A stretch of 64,000 nucleotides of DNA, taken from assembly GCA_040768745.1 (NCBI GenBank), contig JAXGMI010000001.1, positions 1,088,001 to 1,152,000 on the forward strand, written 5' to 3'. The translations under genes and the position numbers were made by a program. Of this stretch, positions 63,578-64,000 are shown piece after piece; the stretch's first letter is position 1; the number at the start of each line of letters is the position of its first letter. This stretch comes from Desulfomicrobium sp. Lineage in GTDB: Bacteria; Desulfobacterota; Desulfovibrionia; Desulfovibrionales; Desulfomicrobiaceae. The notes under the pieces were generated by a model. The model was not told where the DNA came from, made no database searches, and saw only the letters and a list, made by a program, of their open reading frames with translations.

Positions 63578-64000
63578 ATGTTTGACAGCTTGTCCGACCG
63601 GCTGGAATCGGTCTTCAGAAAACTGCGCGGTCATGGCCGCCTTGACGAAAACAACATCCAGGAAGGACTGCGCGAAGTGCGTCTGGCCCTCCTGGAAGCG
63701 GACGTCAATTTCAAGGTCGTGCGGAACTTTGTGGAGCGGGTCAAGGGCCGGGCCCTGGGGCAGGACGTGCTGGCCAGCCTCACGCCGGGGCAGCAGGTCA
63801 TCAAGATCGTCCACGAGGAGCTCATCGCGCTCCTGGGCGGGGAAAGCTGCGCCCTGGAATTCAAGGGCAAGCCGCCGTATGTGATCATGATGGCCGGCCT
63901 GCAGGGATCGGGCAAGACCACGTCGGCCGCCAAGCTGGCCCTCCACCTGCGCCGTCAGAAGTACGCACCCTATCTCGTCCCGGCCGACGTCTACCGTCCG
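63578..64000 (+). CDS. ffh: Signal recognition particle protein Ffh (partial, runs off the window)
   Basis: MFDSLSDRLESVFRKLRG...LREVRLALLEADVNFKV...GLQGSGKTT. Confidence 0.95.
   Translation, partial: MFDSLSDRLESVFRKLRGHGRLDENNIQEGLREVRLALLEADVNFKVVRNFVERVKGRALGQDVLASLTPGQQVIKIVHEELIALLGGESCALEFKGKPPYVIMMAGLQGSGKTTSAAKLALHLRRQKYAPYLVPADVYRP

Overview
Chromosomal cell-surface glycobiology region of a GC-rich bacterium; gene content suggests a sulfate-reducing Desulfovibrionales-type organism (inference only). (1) 1-4.8 kb: cassette-like array of MNT/HEPN toxin-antitoxin modules plus an AlbA_2(Schlafen-like)/HATPase protein, punctuated by four copies of a ~35-55 bp motif, two of which abut 5'-truncated copies of neighbouring genes. 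(2) 4.8-16.6 kb: visibly AT-rich glycan-modification block (Wzx, methyltransferases, perosamine-type aminotransferase, GT2/GT4/GT11, a pseudogene, an IS1595 element with intact ends). (3) 16.7-25.6 kb: pglA-pglB(STT3 OST)-pglC-pglD-pglE-pglF N-glycosylation cluster, interrupted by a PrlF-YhaV module bounded by perfect 22-bp direct repeats and an orphan antitoxin remnant. (4) 26-40.4 kb: type I secretion operon with two PrtD-type ABC transporters, TolC and HlyD; sapC; a HigB/HigA/SecB-like toxin-antitoxin-chaperone triad; two duplicated sigma54-driven mini PEP-CTERM genes; an adenylate-forming enzyme; and an S-layer-like protein. (5) 41.1-52.1 kb: wzm-wzt, a 1490-aa multidomain glycan synthase, rmlC, GTs and wbaP. 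(6) 52-64 kb: O-antigen ligase, LPS core-type genes, msbA, larB, a sigma54 activator, an aminotransferase and partial ffh. All family calls come from recognising motifs by eye; no database search was run.
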